64,000 nt of DNA, from the NCBI GenBank assembly GCA_963747025.1, contig CAVVDJ010000006.1:270244-334243 (forward strand). Reading direction: 5' to 3'. Below, piece by piece: positions 1-10,146 of this stretch (its first letter is position 1; each line of letters starts with the position of its first letter). The position numbers and the translations under genes were made by a program. The notes under the pieces were generated by a model. That model had not been told where the DNA came from, did not search any database, and saw only the letters and a program-made list of their open reading frames with translations. The DNA is from an uncultured beta proteobacterium. Lineage in GTDB: Bacteria > Pseudomonadota > Gammaproteobacteria > Burkholderiales > SHXO01.

Positions 1-916
1 AGCGGGTGCAGCTTCATGGCGCATTCCACCGCGGTCTGCGCGTGGAACTCGGCCGGGAAGGAGATCTTGAACAGCACGTGCTCCATCACATAGCTGCCGT
101 ACGGACGTTGGAACTTGAAGGCGTTGCCTTTGAACAGCACGTCGTAGAAGCCCCAGGTCTTGGCCGTCAGCACCGACGGGTAACCCATCTCTCCCTTCAT
201 GGTGATCAGCGCCAGCCGAACGGCGCGGCTGGTCGCATCGCCTGCCGCCCAGCTCTTGCGCGAGCCGGTGTTGGGGGCGTGTCGATAGGTGCGCAGCGCC
301 TGTCCGTCCACCCAGGCCTGGGACACGGCGTTGATCAACTCTTCGCGCGTCGCGCCCAGCAGCTTGCTCACCACGGCGGTGCTGGCGACTTTGACCAGAA
401 CGACGTGATCCAGCCCGACGCGGTTGAAGCTGTTCTCCAGCGCGATCACGCCCTGGATCTCGTGCGCCTTGATCATCGCCGTCAGCACGTCGCGCATCGA
501 GAGCGGCTTCTTGCCGTTGGCGACCGCAGAGCGCGCCAACCAGTCAGCGGCGGCGAGAATCCCGCCCAGATTGTCGGACGGATGACCCCACTCGGCCGCA
601 AGCCAGGTGTCGTTGAAGTCGAGCCAGCGGATCATGGTCCCGATGTTGAAGGCCGCCTGCACCGGGTCGAGCTGAAACTGCGTACCCGGCACCTTGGCGC
701 CATTGGGCACCACCGTTCCTTGCACGATGGGACCCAGCAGCTTGGTACAGGCCGGGTAGGACAGCGCCTCGAGCCCGCACCCAGCGTATCCATCAGGCAC
801 AGACGCGCGGTGTTGAAGGCCTCCGGGCTGGCGATCTCGTAGTTGAGGACGTAGTCGGCGATGTCGACGAGTACTTTGTCGGGGTCGGGACGGACGTTCG
901 AGATGGGGGCGGACAT
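1..916 (-). pseudogene. prpD: 2-methylcitrate dehydratase PrpD, N-terminal ~305 codons (gene runs off the window start); one frame slip near 783
   Basis: Minus-strand translation starts [46 protein letters not shown] (ORF 632..916). After a 1-nt slip near 783 it continues in another frame (..[56 protein letters not shown]) down to base 1. PrpD/MmgE family, downstream of prpB-prpC on the same strand. Confidence 0.9.
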
Positions 917-964
917 GGGGTGCGGATCAGTTCAGTCGTGTGCGGGGCAAAACGCCTCGCCCAT

Positions 965-2125
965 TCATTTTCTTTTCTCGATCGGTGTCCACTTCCGGTT
1001 TTCCGGCCCGATGTAGTTGGCGCTCGGACGGATGATCTTGCCGTCGAGGCGCTGTTCGATGACGTGGGCCGACCAGCCGGCGGTGCGGCTGATCACGAAG
1101 ATGGGGGTGAACATGGGGGTCGGAATGCCCATCATGTGATAGCTCGTCGCGCTGTACCAGTCGAGATTGGGAAACATCTTCTTCTCCCGCCACATGACCT
1201 TCTCGACACGCTCCGAGATGCCGAACAGCTTCATGTCTCCGGCGTCCTGGCTCAGGCGGCGTGCGACTTCCTTGATGACCTGGTTGCGCGGGTCGGCGAT
1301 GGTGTAGACCGGGTGCCCGAAGCCGATGATGATCTGTTTGTCCGCGACGCGCCGCACGATGTCCGCTTCGGCCTCATCCGGAGTGTCGTAGCGGCCGATC
1401 ACATCGAAAGCGAACTCGTTGGCGCCGCCGTGTTTGGGGCCCTTGAGCGCGCCGATCGCGCCGGTGATGGCGGAATACATATCCGACCCGGTGCCCGCGA
1501 TCACCCGTGCGGTGAAAGTCGAAGCGTTGAACTCGTGCTCGGCGTACAGGATGAGGGAGGTGTGCATGGCGCGCACCCACGGCTCCGGAGGCTTGCTGCC
1601 GTGCAGTAGATGCAGAAAGTGGCCGCCGATGGAATCGTCATCGGTTTCCACGTCGATGCGCCGGCCCGAGTGCGAGTAGTGGTACCAGTACAGAAGCATC
1701 GAGCCGAAGCAGGCCATCAACCGGTCGGCGATGTCGCGCGCTTCGGCCACTTTGTGGTCCGGATTCTCCGGCAGCACCGAACCGAGCGCGGAGCAGCCGG
1801 TGCGCAGGACGTCCATCGGATGGGTATTGGCGGGTATGCATTCCAGGATGTCTTGCACTGCAGCCGGAAGCCCGCGGAGCGCTCTCAGCTTCTGCTTGTA
1901 AGCGGCGAGCTCGGCTACGGTCGGCAGCTTGCCGTGGACCAGCAGGTAGGCGACCTCCTCGAACTCGGCCTGCTCGGCAAAGTCGAGGATGTCGTAGCCG
2001 CGATAGTGCAGATCGTTGCCCTGCCGGCCAACCGTGCACAGGGCGGTGTTGCCGGCGGGTACCCCGGACAGGGCGACCGATTTTTTCGGCTTCGGGGTCG
2101 TGGCGGTCGTGGCTTCTGTGCTCAT
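965..2125 (-). CDS. prpC: 2-methylcitrate synthase
   Basis: Intact 386-aa ORF with citrate-synthase family signatures (..[10 protein letters not shown].., ..GFGHPVYT..). It lies between prpB and prpD, and its start overlaps the prpB stop (ATGA). Confidence 0.95.
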   Translation of the reverse strand: MSTEATTATTPKPKKSVALSGVPAGNTALCTVGRQGNDLHYRGYDILDFAEQAEFEEVAYLLVHGKLPTVAELAAYKQKLRALRGLPAAVQDILECIPANTHPMDVLRTGCSALGSVLPENPDHKVAEARDIADRLMACFGSMLLYWYHYSHSGRRIDVETDDDSIGGHFLHLLHGSKPPEPWVRAMHTSLILYAEHEFNASTFTARVIAGTGSDMYSAITGAIGALKGPKHGGANEFAFDVIGRYDTPDEAEADIVRRVADKQIIIGFGHPVYTIADPRNQVIKEVARRLSQDAGDMKLFGISERVEKVMWREKKMFPNLDWYSATSYHMMGIPTPMFTPIFVISRTAGWSAHVIEQRLDGKIIRPSANYIGPENRKWTPIEKRK

Positions 2126-3009
2126 CGATGTTTTTCCTTGGCGAACAGTTGATCGAGCTTGGCCTCAAAGGTGTGGTAGTCGAGGAAGTCGTACAGCTCG
2201 GCGCGCGTCTGCATCGTGTCGAGGACGCCTTGCTGGGTGCCGTCGCGCCGGATCGCGCGGTAAACGTTCAGCGCGGCCTGGTTCATCGCGCGGAACGCTG
2301 ACAGCGGATACAGCACCAGGCTGACGTTGGCGGAGCGCAATTGCTCCACGGTGAACAGCGGTGTGCTCCCGAACTCCGTGATGTTGGCCAGCACCGGAAC
2401 CTTCACCGCATCGGCGAACTTGCGGTACATGTCGAGCTCGGTCATCGCTTCCGGAAATATCATGTCCGCGCCGGCTTCGACGCAAGCGCCGGCGCGGTCG
2501 ATGGCTGCTTGCAATCCCTCGACCGCGAGCGCGTCGGTGCGGGCCATGATGACGAAGGCCGGATCGGTACGCGCGTCCACGGCGGCTTTGATCCGGTCGA
2601 CCATCTCCTCGCGCGGCACGATCTCCTTGCCGGGGCGGTGGCCGCAGCGCTTCGCCTGCACCTGGTCCTCGATGTGCATGGCGCCGGCGCCGAACTTGAT
2701 CAGCGACTTCACGGTGCGCGCGATGTTGAACGCGCTGCCGAAGCCGGTATCCGCGTCCACCAGCAGCGGCAGGCTGGTGGCGTCGGTGATCCGCCGCACG
2801 TCGGTCAAAACGTCGTCCAGCGTGCTGATGCCGAGGTCTGGCACTCCGAGCGAGCCGGCGGCGACGCCGCCACCGGAGAGATAGATTGCGCGGTAGCCGG
2901 AGCGCTCGGCCAGGCGCGCGTGGTAGGCGTTGATCGTGCCGACCACCTGCAGCGGCTTCTCGTCTGTGACCGCCGACCTGAACTTCGCTCCCGCTGATTC
3001 GACGCTCAT
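2122..3009 (-). CDS. prpB: methylisocitrate lyase
   Basis: Intact 295-aa ORF of the PEP-mutase/isocitrate-lyase superfamily (..[21 protein letters not shown]..). First gene of the prpB-prpC-prpD run on the minus strand. Confidence 0.95.
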   Translation of the reverse strand: MSVESAGAKFRSAVTDEKPLQVVGTINAYHARLAERSGYRAIYLSGGGVAAGSLGVPDLGISTLDDVLTDVRRITDATSLPLLVDADTGFGSAFNIARTVKSLIKFGAGAMHIEDQVQAKRCGHRPGKEIVPREEMVDRIKAAVDARTDPAFVIMARTDALAVEGLQAAIDRAGACVEAGADMIFPEAMTELDMYRKFADAVKVPVLANITEFGSTPLFTVEQLRSANVSLVLYPLSAFRAMNQAALNVYRAIRRDGTQQGVLDTMQTRAELYDFLDYHTFEAKLDQLFAKEKHR

Positions 3010-3039
3010 GGCTTGCCTACGCTCGACGTTGATCAGCGC

Positions 3040-4150
<1,111 letters not shown>

Positions 4151-4174
4151 TCAAGCTCGATGTCAAACCAGTCC

Positions 4175-4194
4175 TATATCTTTTATAAGATATA
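4175..4194. promoter_or_regulatory. near-perfect 20-bp AT-rich palindrome in the mdh / gntR divergent spacer; candidate operator
   Basis: TATATCTTTT-ATAAGATATA has 9 of 10 symmetric pairs. It is the only AT-rich island in the 4031-4237 spacer, about 45 nt upstream of the GntR-family gene. Confidence 0.3.
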
Positions 4195-4237
4195 CGACAT
4201 ATGGACGCGATCCGGAGATTTATGCTAAAAAATCGCC

Positions 4238-4996
4238 GTGAATATGAAGACCACAGCACTGAAGTCGACGGGTGAGTCGCCGGCCTTCCAGCCGCTCTAC
4301 CGCCAGATCAAGTCGCTCATCACCCAGAGCCTGGTGTCCGGGGAATGGGGCCCTGGCGACGCGATCCCCAGCGAGATCGAGCTGGCCAGCCGCTACAGCG
4401 TCAGCCAGGGGACGGTGCGCAAAGCGGTGAGCGAGCTGGCCGGCGAAAACCTGCTGATTCGCTATCAGGGCAAAGGGACCTTCGTCGCGTCGCACGCGGA
4501 TGAGCGGGACAACTTTCCGTTCCTGCGCATGACCCCGGATCGCGGCGAGCTGAAAGACCTTACCGGCGAGCTCCTCGATTTTCGCCGGCTGCGCGCCGAT
4601 GCCGCTGCCTCCCGCCTGCTGCGGCTGCCCGCCGGTGCCAGCGTGTTCCTGATCCGGCGCGTGCTCCTGCTGGCCGGCACCAAGATCTGCTACGAGGAAG
4701 TCCGCCTGCCTGCAGCACGCTACAAGGGGCTCTCGGCGGCCGTGATCGAGGAGCACGAATGCATGCTGTATAGCCTGTACGAGACCCGGTTCGGCGTTCG
4801 CGTCGTGCACGCGGACGAGCAGCTGAAGGCGGTGACCGCGCCGCGAGAGGCCGCGGCCGCGCTCGGGCTTCCGGCGGGTGCGCCCGTGCTCCAGATCGAG
4901 CGCGTAGCCTACACCTACGCGGAGGATCCGGCCGAGCTGCGGCGCAGCTGGAACGACACGCGCTCGCATCACTATCGCAATCGGACCATGGGCTGA
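4238..4996 (+). CDS. GntR-family transcriptional regulator (HutC-like, UTRA effector domain)
   Basis: 252-aa ORF with an N-terminal winged-helix ..IPSEIELASRYSVSQGTVRKAVSELAGENLL.. and a C-terminal UTRA-like domain. The start is GTG 4238 or ATG 4244. It sits between mdh and sdhC. Confidence 0.85.
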   Translation: MNMKTTALKSTGESPAFQPLYRQIKSLITQSLVSGEWGPGDAIPSEIELASRYSVSQGTVRKAVSELAGENLLIRYQGKGTFVASHADERDNFPFLRMTPDRGELKDLTGELLDFRRLRADAAASRLLRLPAGASVFLIRRVLLLAGTKICYEEVRLPAARYKGLSAAVIEEHECMLYSLYETRFGVRVVHADEQLKAVTAPREAAAALGLPAGAPVLQIERVAYTYAEDPAELRRSWNDTRSHHYRNRTMG

Positions 4997-5039
4997 GCCG
5001 GCTCGGGCAGAGCCGCGGAAACTTTTGGAGCGAGCAACG

Positions 5040-5414
5040 ATGAGCAAAGGCCGCCCGAAATACCTCGACCTGTTCACCATCAGGCTTCCGGTCCCCGGGC
5101 TGGTGTCGATCCTGCACCGGATCAGCGGGTTCGGGTTGTTCCTGTTTCTGCCCTTCCTGCTCTGGCTGTTTCAGTCCAGCCTGACCTCGCCCGACAGCTA
5201 CGTACGCTACCGCGCCGCGTTTGCCAATCCGCTGGTCAAGCTGATCCTGATCGGCTTGTTGTGGGCGTTCCTGCACCATCTGCTCGCCGGGCTGCGCTTT
5301 CTCGCGCTCGACCTGCACTACGGCACAGATTTGCCGACAGCGCGTACGACCAGCTGGTTGGTGCTGGTGACGGCAATCGTTCTGACCGCGATCCTGGGAG
5401 TGTGGCTATGGTAA
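5040..5414 (+). CDS. sdhC: succinate dehydrogenase cytochrome b556 subunit
   Basis: ATG 5040 is preceded by GGAG. The product is 124 aa and hydrophobic (..[23 protein letters not shown]..), directly upstream of sdhD-sdhA-sdhB. Confidence 0.85.
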   Translation: MSKGRPKYLDLFTIRLPVPGLVSILHRISGFGLFLFLPFLLWLFQSSLTSPDSYVRYRAAFANPLVKLILIGLLWAFLHHLLAGLRFLALDLHYGTDLPTARTTSWLVLVTAIVLTAILGVWLW

Positions 5415-5758
5415 AACGCATCGTGGTCGGAGCCCACTACGGGCTGCGCGACTGGCTCGTGCAGCGCGTGACCGCCGCGGTCATGGCGGTCTACACGCTG
5501 TTGTTCGTGCTGATCCTGGCGGCTGCCCGGCCCACAAACTACGGGACCTGGACCGCGCTGTTCAGCGGCCAGGCCATGAAGCTCGCCACGTTCCTGTTCC
5601 TCGTGAGCCTGTTCCTGCATGCCTGGGTCGGCATGCGCGACATCCTGATGGACTACGTCAAGCCAGTTTCCATTCGACTGACGCTGGAGGTCGTGGTGGC
5701 GCTGCTGCTGGTCGCCTGGGCCGGTTGGGCCATCCAGATTCTGTGGAGCGTTCGATGA
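5408..5758 (+). CDS. sdhD: succinate dehydrogenase hydrophobic membrane anchor subunit
   Basis: [25 protein letters not shown].., 116 aa with three hydrophobic segments. ATG 5408 overlaps the sdhC end, and the stop overlaps the sdhA ATG (ATGA). Confidence 0.85.
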   Translation: MVKRIVVGAHYGLRDWLVQRVTAAVMAVYTLLFVLILAAARPTNYGTWTALFSGQAMKLATFLFLVSLFLHAWVGMRDILMDYVKPVSIRLTLEVVVALLLVAWAGWAIQILWSVR

Positions 5759-7526
5759 GTATCCCGAAGCGGCAGTTCGATGCGGTGATCGTCGGCGCGG
5801 GCGGGGCCGGCATGCGCGCCGCGCTGCAGCTCTCGGAGGCCGGCTTCAAGGTCGCGGTTCTATCCAAGGTGTTTCCAACGCGCTCTCACACGGTGGCGGC
5901 TCAGGGCGGCATCGGCGCGGCGCTCGGCAACATGGGCGAGGACAGCTGGTTGTGGCACATGTACGACACGATCAAGGGGTCGGACTATCTCGGCGATCAG
6001 GACGCCATCGAGTTCATGTGCCGGATGGCACCCGAAGCGGTGTACGAGCTGGAGCACTACGGCATGCCGTTCGACCGCAATCCCAACGGGACCGTGTACC
6101 AGCGGCCATTCGGCGGACACATGCAGAACTTCGGTGCGGGTCCCCCGGTGCAGCGCAGCTGTTGCGCGGCCGACCGCACCGGTCACGCCATGCTGCACAC
6201 GCTGTATCAGCGCAACGTGCGGGCCAATACACACTTCTTCGTGGAGTGGATGGCGCTGGATCTCGATCCGCGACGCCACCGGTCAGGTGCTGGGAGTGGT
6301 TGCGCTGGAGATCGAGACCGGTGAGGTCTACATCCTGCAGGCGCGGGCCACGCTGTTCGCGACTGGAGGCGCGGGGCGCGTTTATGCCGCGAGCACCAAT
6401 GCCTTCATCAACACCGGTGACGGACTCGGGATGGCAGCGCGCGCCGGCATCCCGCTCGAAGACATGGAGTTCTGGCAGTTCCACCCGACTGGCGTGGCCG
6501 GCGCCGGCGATGCTGATAACCGAGGGCGTACGCGGAGAGGGCGGATACCTGCTCAACAAGGACGGCGAGCGGTTCATGGAGCGGTATGCTCCCACGGCGA
6601 AGGATTTGGCCAGCCGCGATGTCGTCTCGCGTGCGATGGCCACCGAGATCAAGGAGGGACGCGGCGCGGGGCCGGACGCTGACTACGTGCTGCTGAAACT
6701 GGACCACCTGGGCGAAGAGCTGATCGAGAGCAAGCTGCCCGGCATCCGCGAGATCGCCAAGAAGTTCGCCAACGTCGATCCGGTCAAGGATCCGATCCCG
6801 GTGGTGCCGACGGTGCACTATCAGATGGGTGGTATCCCCACCAACTATCACGGCGAAGTGGTAGCGCCGCGAGGCGGCGACCCGGAGGCGGTCGTGCCCG
6901 GGTTCTACGCGGCCGGCGAGTGCGCCTGCGCTTCGGTGCACGGCGCCAATCGGCTCGGCACCAACTCGCTTACCGACCTGCTCGTCTTCGGCAAGGCGAG
7001 CGGAGACCGGATGATCCAGTTCCTGCGCGAGAATCCACTGCATCCGGAATTGCCGGCGGACGCGGCGGAGCGTCCGCTGGCGAGGCTCGCGCGGCTGGAC
7101 AGTCAGACCAACGGCGAGAGCGTGTACGACGTCGCGAACGACATGCGCCGGACGATGCAGGCGCACTGCGGCGTGTTTCGCTTCCCGGATCTGCTGGTCG
7201 AGGGCGTCGCCAAGATCAAGCAGATCGCCGAGCGCGTCGCCCGCACCGAGATCAAGGACAAGAGCAAAGTGTTCAACACCGCGCGCGTCGAGGCGCTGGA
7301 GCTGGACAATCTGATCGAAGTGGCCGCAGCGCCAGCCTGATCTCGGCCGAGGCGCGCAAGGAAAGCCGCGGCGCGCACGACCGCGCCGACTTTCATCAGC
7401 GCGACGACGTGAACTGGCTCAAGCACACGCTCTGGTTCAAGGACGGCAACCGATTGGAGTACAAGCCGGTGCACTTGAAGCCGTTGACGGACGCAGGCGT
7501 TCGAGCCGAAGGTCCGAACGTATTGA
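5755..7526 (+). pseudogene. sdhA: succinate dehydrogenase flavoprotein subunit, about 4 frame slips
   Basis: [26 protein letters not shown].. (FAD fold), ..FHPTG.., ..[14 protein letters not shown].., ..[10 protein letters not shown].., ..[13 protein letters not shown].. and ..RKESRGAH.. appear successively in different frames. Slips are near 6268, 6510, 7330 and 7490. The inferred end is ..FEPKVRTY with TGA at 7524-7526. Confidence 0.9.
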
Positions 7527-7531
7527 AGGGC

Positions 7532-7610
7532 CGTGACTCGTGTGTACTCGTGACTCGTAAACCCCGAACTGCCTGACATCGCGAACCACGAGACACGAGC
7601 CACGAAACAG
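7532..7610. repeat. heptad-phased inverted repeat (CGTG / CACG cores) in the sdhA-sdhB spacer
   Basis: The left arm is CGTGACTCGTGTGTACTCGTGACTCGT (7532-7558). The right arm is CGAACCA CGAGACA CGAGCCA CGAAACA, with CAC at 7587, 7594 and 7601. The arms are complementary at the cores. Same unit as at 28077-28183. Confidence 0.6.
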
Positions 7611-7623
7611 CGAGGTGACACCG

Positions 7624-8322
7624 ATGCAATTCCGCATTTACCGTTACGACCCGGACAAGGACGCCAAGCCCTACATGCAGGACTACGACCTCCAGCTGGA
7701 GCCCTCCGACCGGATGCTGCTGGACATGCTGATCCGCATCAAGGCGCAGGACGACAGCTTGTCGCTGCGGCGCTCGTGCCGCGAGGGGGTTTGCGGCTCG
7801 GATGCGATGAACATCAACGGCAAGAACGGCCTGGCCTGCATCACGCGGCTCAGCCGAGCTCAAGCAGCCGGTCGAGCTGCAGGCCGCTGCCGGGGTTGCC
7901 GGTGATCCGCGACCTGATCGTGGACATGTCGCAGTTCTTCAAGCAGTACCACTCGATCAAGCCGTACCTCGTCAACGATGACCCGCCACCGGAGAAGGAG
8001 CGGCTGCAGATCGCCCGAGGAGCGCGCCGCGCTGGACGGTCTGTACGAGTGCATCCTGTGCGCGTGTTGCTCCACCGCCTGTCCTTCCTTCTGGTGGAAC
8101 CCGGACAAGTTCGTTGGTCCGGCCGGCCTGCTCCAGGCTTACCGGTTCCTCGCGGACAGCCGCGACCAGGCCACCAACGAACGGCTCGACAATCTGGAAG
8201 ATCCCTACCGGCTGTTCCGTTGTCACTCGATCATGAACTGCGTGGACGTCTGTCCCAAAGGCCTCAACCCCACCGCCGCCATCGGACGCATCAAGGAACT
8301 GCTGGTACGTCGCGCGGTCTGA
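7624..8322 (+). pseudogene. sdhB: succinate dehydrogenase iron-sulfur subunit, about 3 frame slips
   Basis: [23 protein letters not shown].., ..[21 protein letters not shown].., ..[21 protein letters not shown].. and ..[17 protein letters not shown].. lie in different frames. Slips are near 7853, 7880 and 8009. Confidence 0.9.
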
Positions 8323-8348
8323 GCGCGCTGCACTAGCGCCGCTGCCAG

Positions 8349-8591
8349 ATGCCGATGAGCGAACTGGATCGGGTCCGCTGGCACTGCCGGCGCGGGATGC
8401 TGGAACTGGATCTGGTGCTGTCGCGGTTTCTCGAGCGCCACCTCGCCGGAGCTGCCGCCGGACCAGCGCGCAGCCTTCAAGGCACTTGCTGGAGCATTCC
8501 GATAGCGATCTCTGGGACTTGGTCTCGGGCCAGCTCGAGCCCGAGCCCGGCGCCTGCGGCAACCATCGTCAGGCTGCTGCGAGAGAGTTGA
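8349..8591 (+). pseudogene. sdhE: FAD assembly factor SdhE (YgfY family), about 3 frame slips within 100 nt
   Basis: [27 protein letters not shown].. carries the RGxxE motif. It is followed by ..[13 protein letters not shown].., ..[15 protein letters not shown].. and ..[14 protein letters not shown] in three frames. Slips are near 8447, 8483 and 8535. Confidence 0.7.
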
Positions 8592-8673
8592 TGTGCGGTT
8601 GCACAAAACTCGTGTTAGAGTTGTCTAAACTCTTGTACTCTTGCGCAATTTGAACCGGAAGGACGAGTCCACC

Positions 8674-9996
8674 ATGAACCGCCCGGAGACTCCGATGACA
8701 CAGCAGCGCACGGCCACCCTCACGTTCGACGATGGCACGCCGCCGGTCGATCTTCCGGTGCTTTCCGGCACGATCGGGCCGGATGTCGTCGACATCCGCA
8801 ACCTCTACGCCAAGACCGGGAAGTTCACCTACGACCCCGGCTACATGTCGACCGCCAGCTGCAGGTCCGCCATCACCTACATCGACGGCGACCAGGGCGT
8901 GCTGCTATACCGCGGCTACCCGATCGAGCAGCTGGCGGAGAAGTGCGACTTTCTGGAGGTGTGCTACCTGCTGCTCAAGGGCGAGCTGCCGACCTTGGCG
9001 CAGCAGCGCGAATGGGACGCCAACATCACCCGGCACACCATGGTGCACGAGCAGCTGGTGCGGTTTTTCTCCGGGTTCCGCCGCGACGCGCATCCGATGG
9101 CGGTGATGGTCGGCGTGGTCGGCGCGCTCTCCGCCTTCTACCACGACTCGCTCGACATCAACAACCCGGAGCACCGTGAGATCTCGGCCGTTCGGCTGCT
9201 GGCCAAAGTTCCGACCATCGCGGCCATGTGCTTCAAGTACAACATGGGCCAGCCGTTCATGTACCCGCGCAACAACCTGGGCTACGTGGAGAACTTCCTC
9301 CACATGATGTTCGGGACCCCGTGCGAGGACTACAAGCCGAACCCGGTGCTCACGCGTGCGCTGGACCGGATCCTGATCCTGCACGCCGATCACGAGCAGA
9401 ACGCCTCCACCTCGACGGTGCGCCTGGCCGGGTCCTCCGGCGCCAATCCGTTTGCCTGCATCGCCGCCGGCATCGCCTGCCTGTGGGGCCCGGCGCATGG
9501 CGGTGCCAACGAGGCGGTGCTCAACATGCTCGAGCAGATCGGCGACGTGTCGCGCATCGGCGAGTACATCAAGCGCGCAAAGGACAAGAACGACTCCTTC
9601 CGGCTCATGGGGTTCGGCCATCGGGTCTACAAGCACTACGATCCGCGGGCGAAGCTCATGCGCGAGACCTGTCACGAGGTGCTGGGCGAGCTGGGCCTGC
9701 ACGACGACCGGCTGTTCAAGCTGGCCATGGAGCTGGAGCGCATCGCGCTCGAGGACGAGTACTTCGTCGAGAAGAAGCTGTACCCGAACGTCGATTTCTA
9801 CTCCGGCATCGTGCAGCGCGCGATCGGCATTCCGACCAGCATGTTCACGGCCGTCTTCGCCCTGGCGCGCACCGTAGGCTGGGTGGCGCAGTGGAACGAG
9901 ATGATCGCCGATCCCGAGCAGAAGATCGGCCGCCCGCGGCAGCTGTTCGTCGGCGCCGAGAAGCGCGACGTCGTGCCGATTGCGATGCGGGACTGA
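8674..9996 (+). CDS. gltA: citrate synthase (type II)
   Basis: Intact ORF with ATG 8674 after GGAAGGA. Motifs: ..[28 protein letters not shown].., ..[23 protein letters not shown].., ..MGFGHRVYK.. Confidence 0.95.
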   Translation: MNRPETPMTQQRTATLTFDDGTPPVDLPVLSGTIGPDVVDIRNLYAKTGKFTYDPGYMSTASCRSAITYIDGDQGVLLYRGYPIEQLAEKCDFLEVCYLLLKGELPTLAQQREWDANITRHTMVHEQLVRFFSGFRRDAHPMAVMVGVVGALSAFYHDSLDINNPEHREISAVRLLAKVPTIAAMCFKYNMGQPFMYPRNNLGYVENFLHMMFGTPCEDYKPNPVLTRALDRILILHADHEQNASTSTVRLAGSSGANPFACIAAGIACLWGPAHGGANEAVLNMLEQIGDVSRIGEYIKRAKDKNDSFRLMGFGHRVYKHYDPRAKLMRETCHEVLGELGLHDDRLFKLAMELERIALEDEYFVEKKLYPNVDFYSGIVQRAIGIPTSMFTAVFALARTVGWVAQWNEMIADPEQKIGRPRQLFVGAEKRDVVPIAMRD

Positions 9997-10146
9997 ACCT
10001 CCCGGAACGCTACGACGCGCGCCGGGCGGATACGCCACCGCTACACGAAAGAGTAGCAGACCGGACTTGGGTCTCCGTGCACCACGATTGAAGCAGTACC
10101 TCGCCACCCCCATCTACAGTTCCTCGGAGCGTCGGGAGACAACACC

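Noticed and set aside
6-842. 278-aa plus-strand ORF at the window start
   Set aside because: It is antisense to prpD, whose reverse-strand translation is unmistakable.
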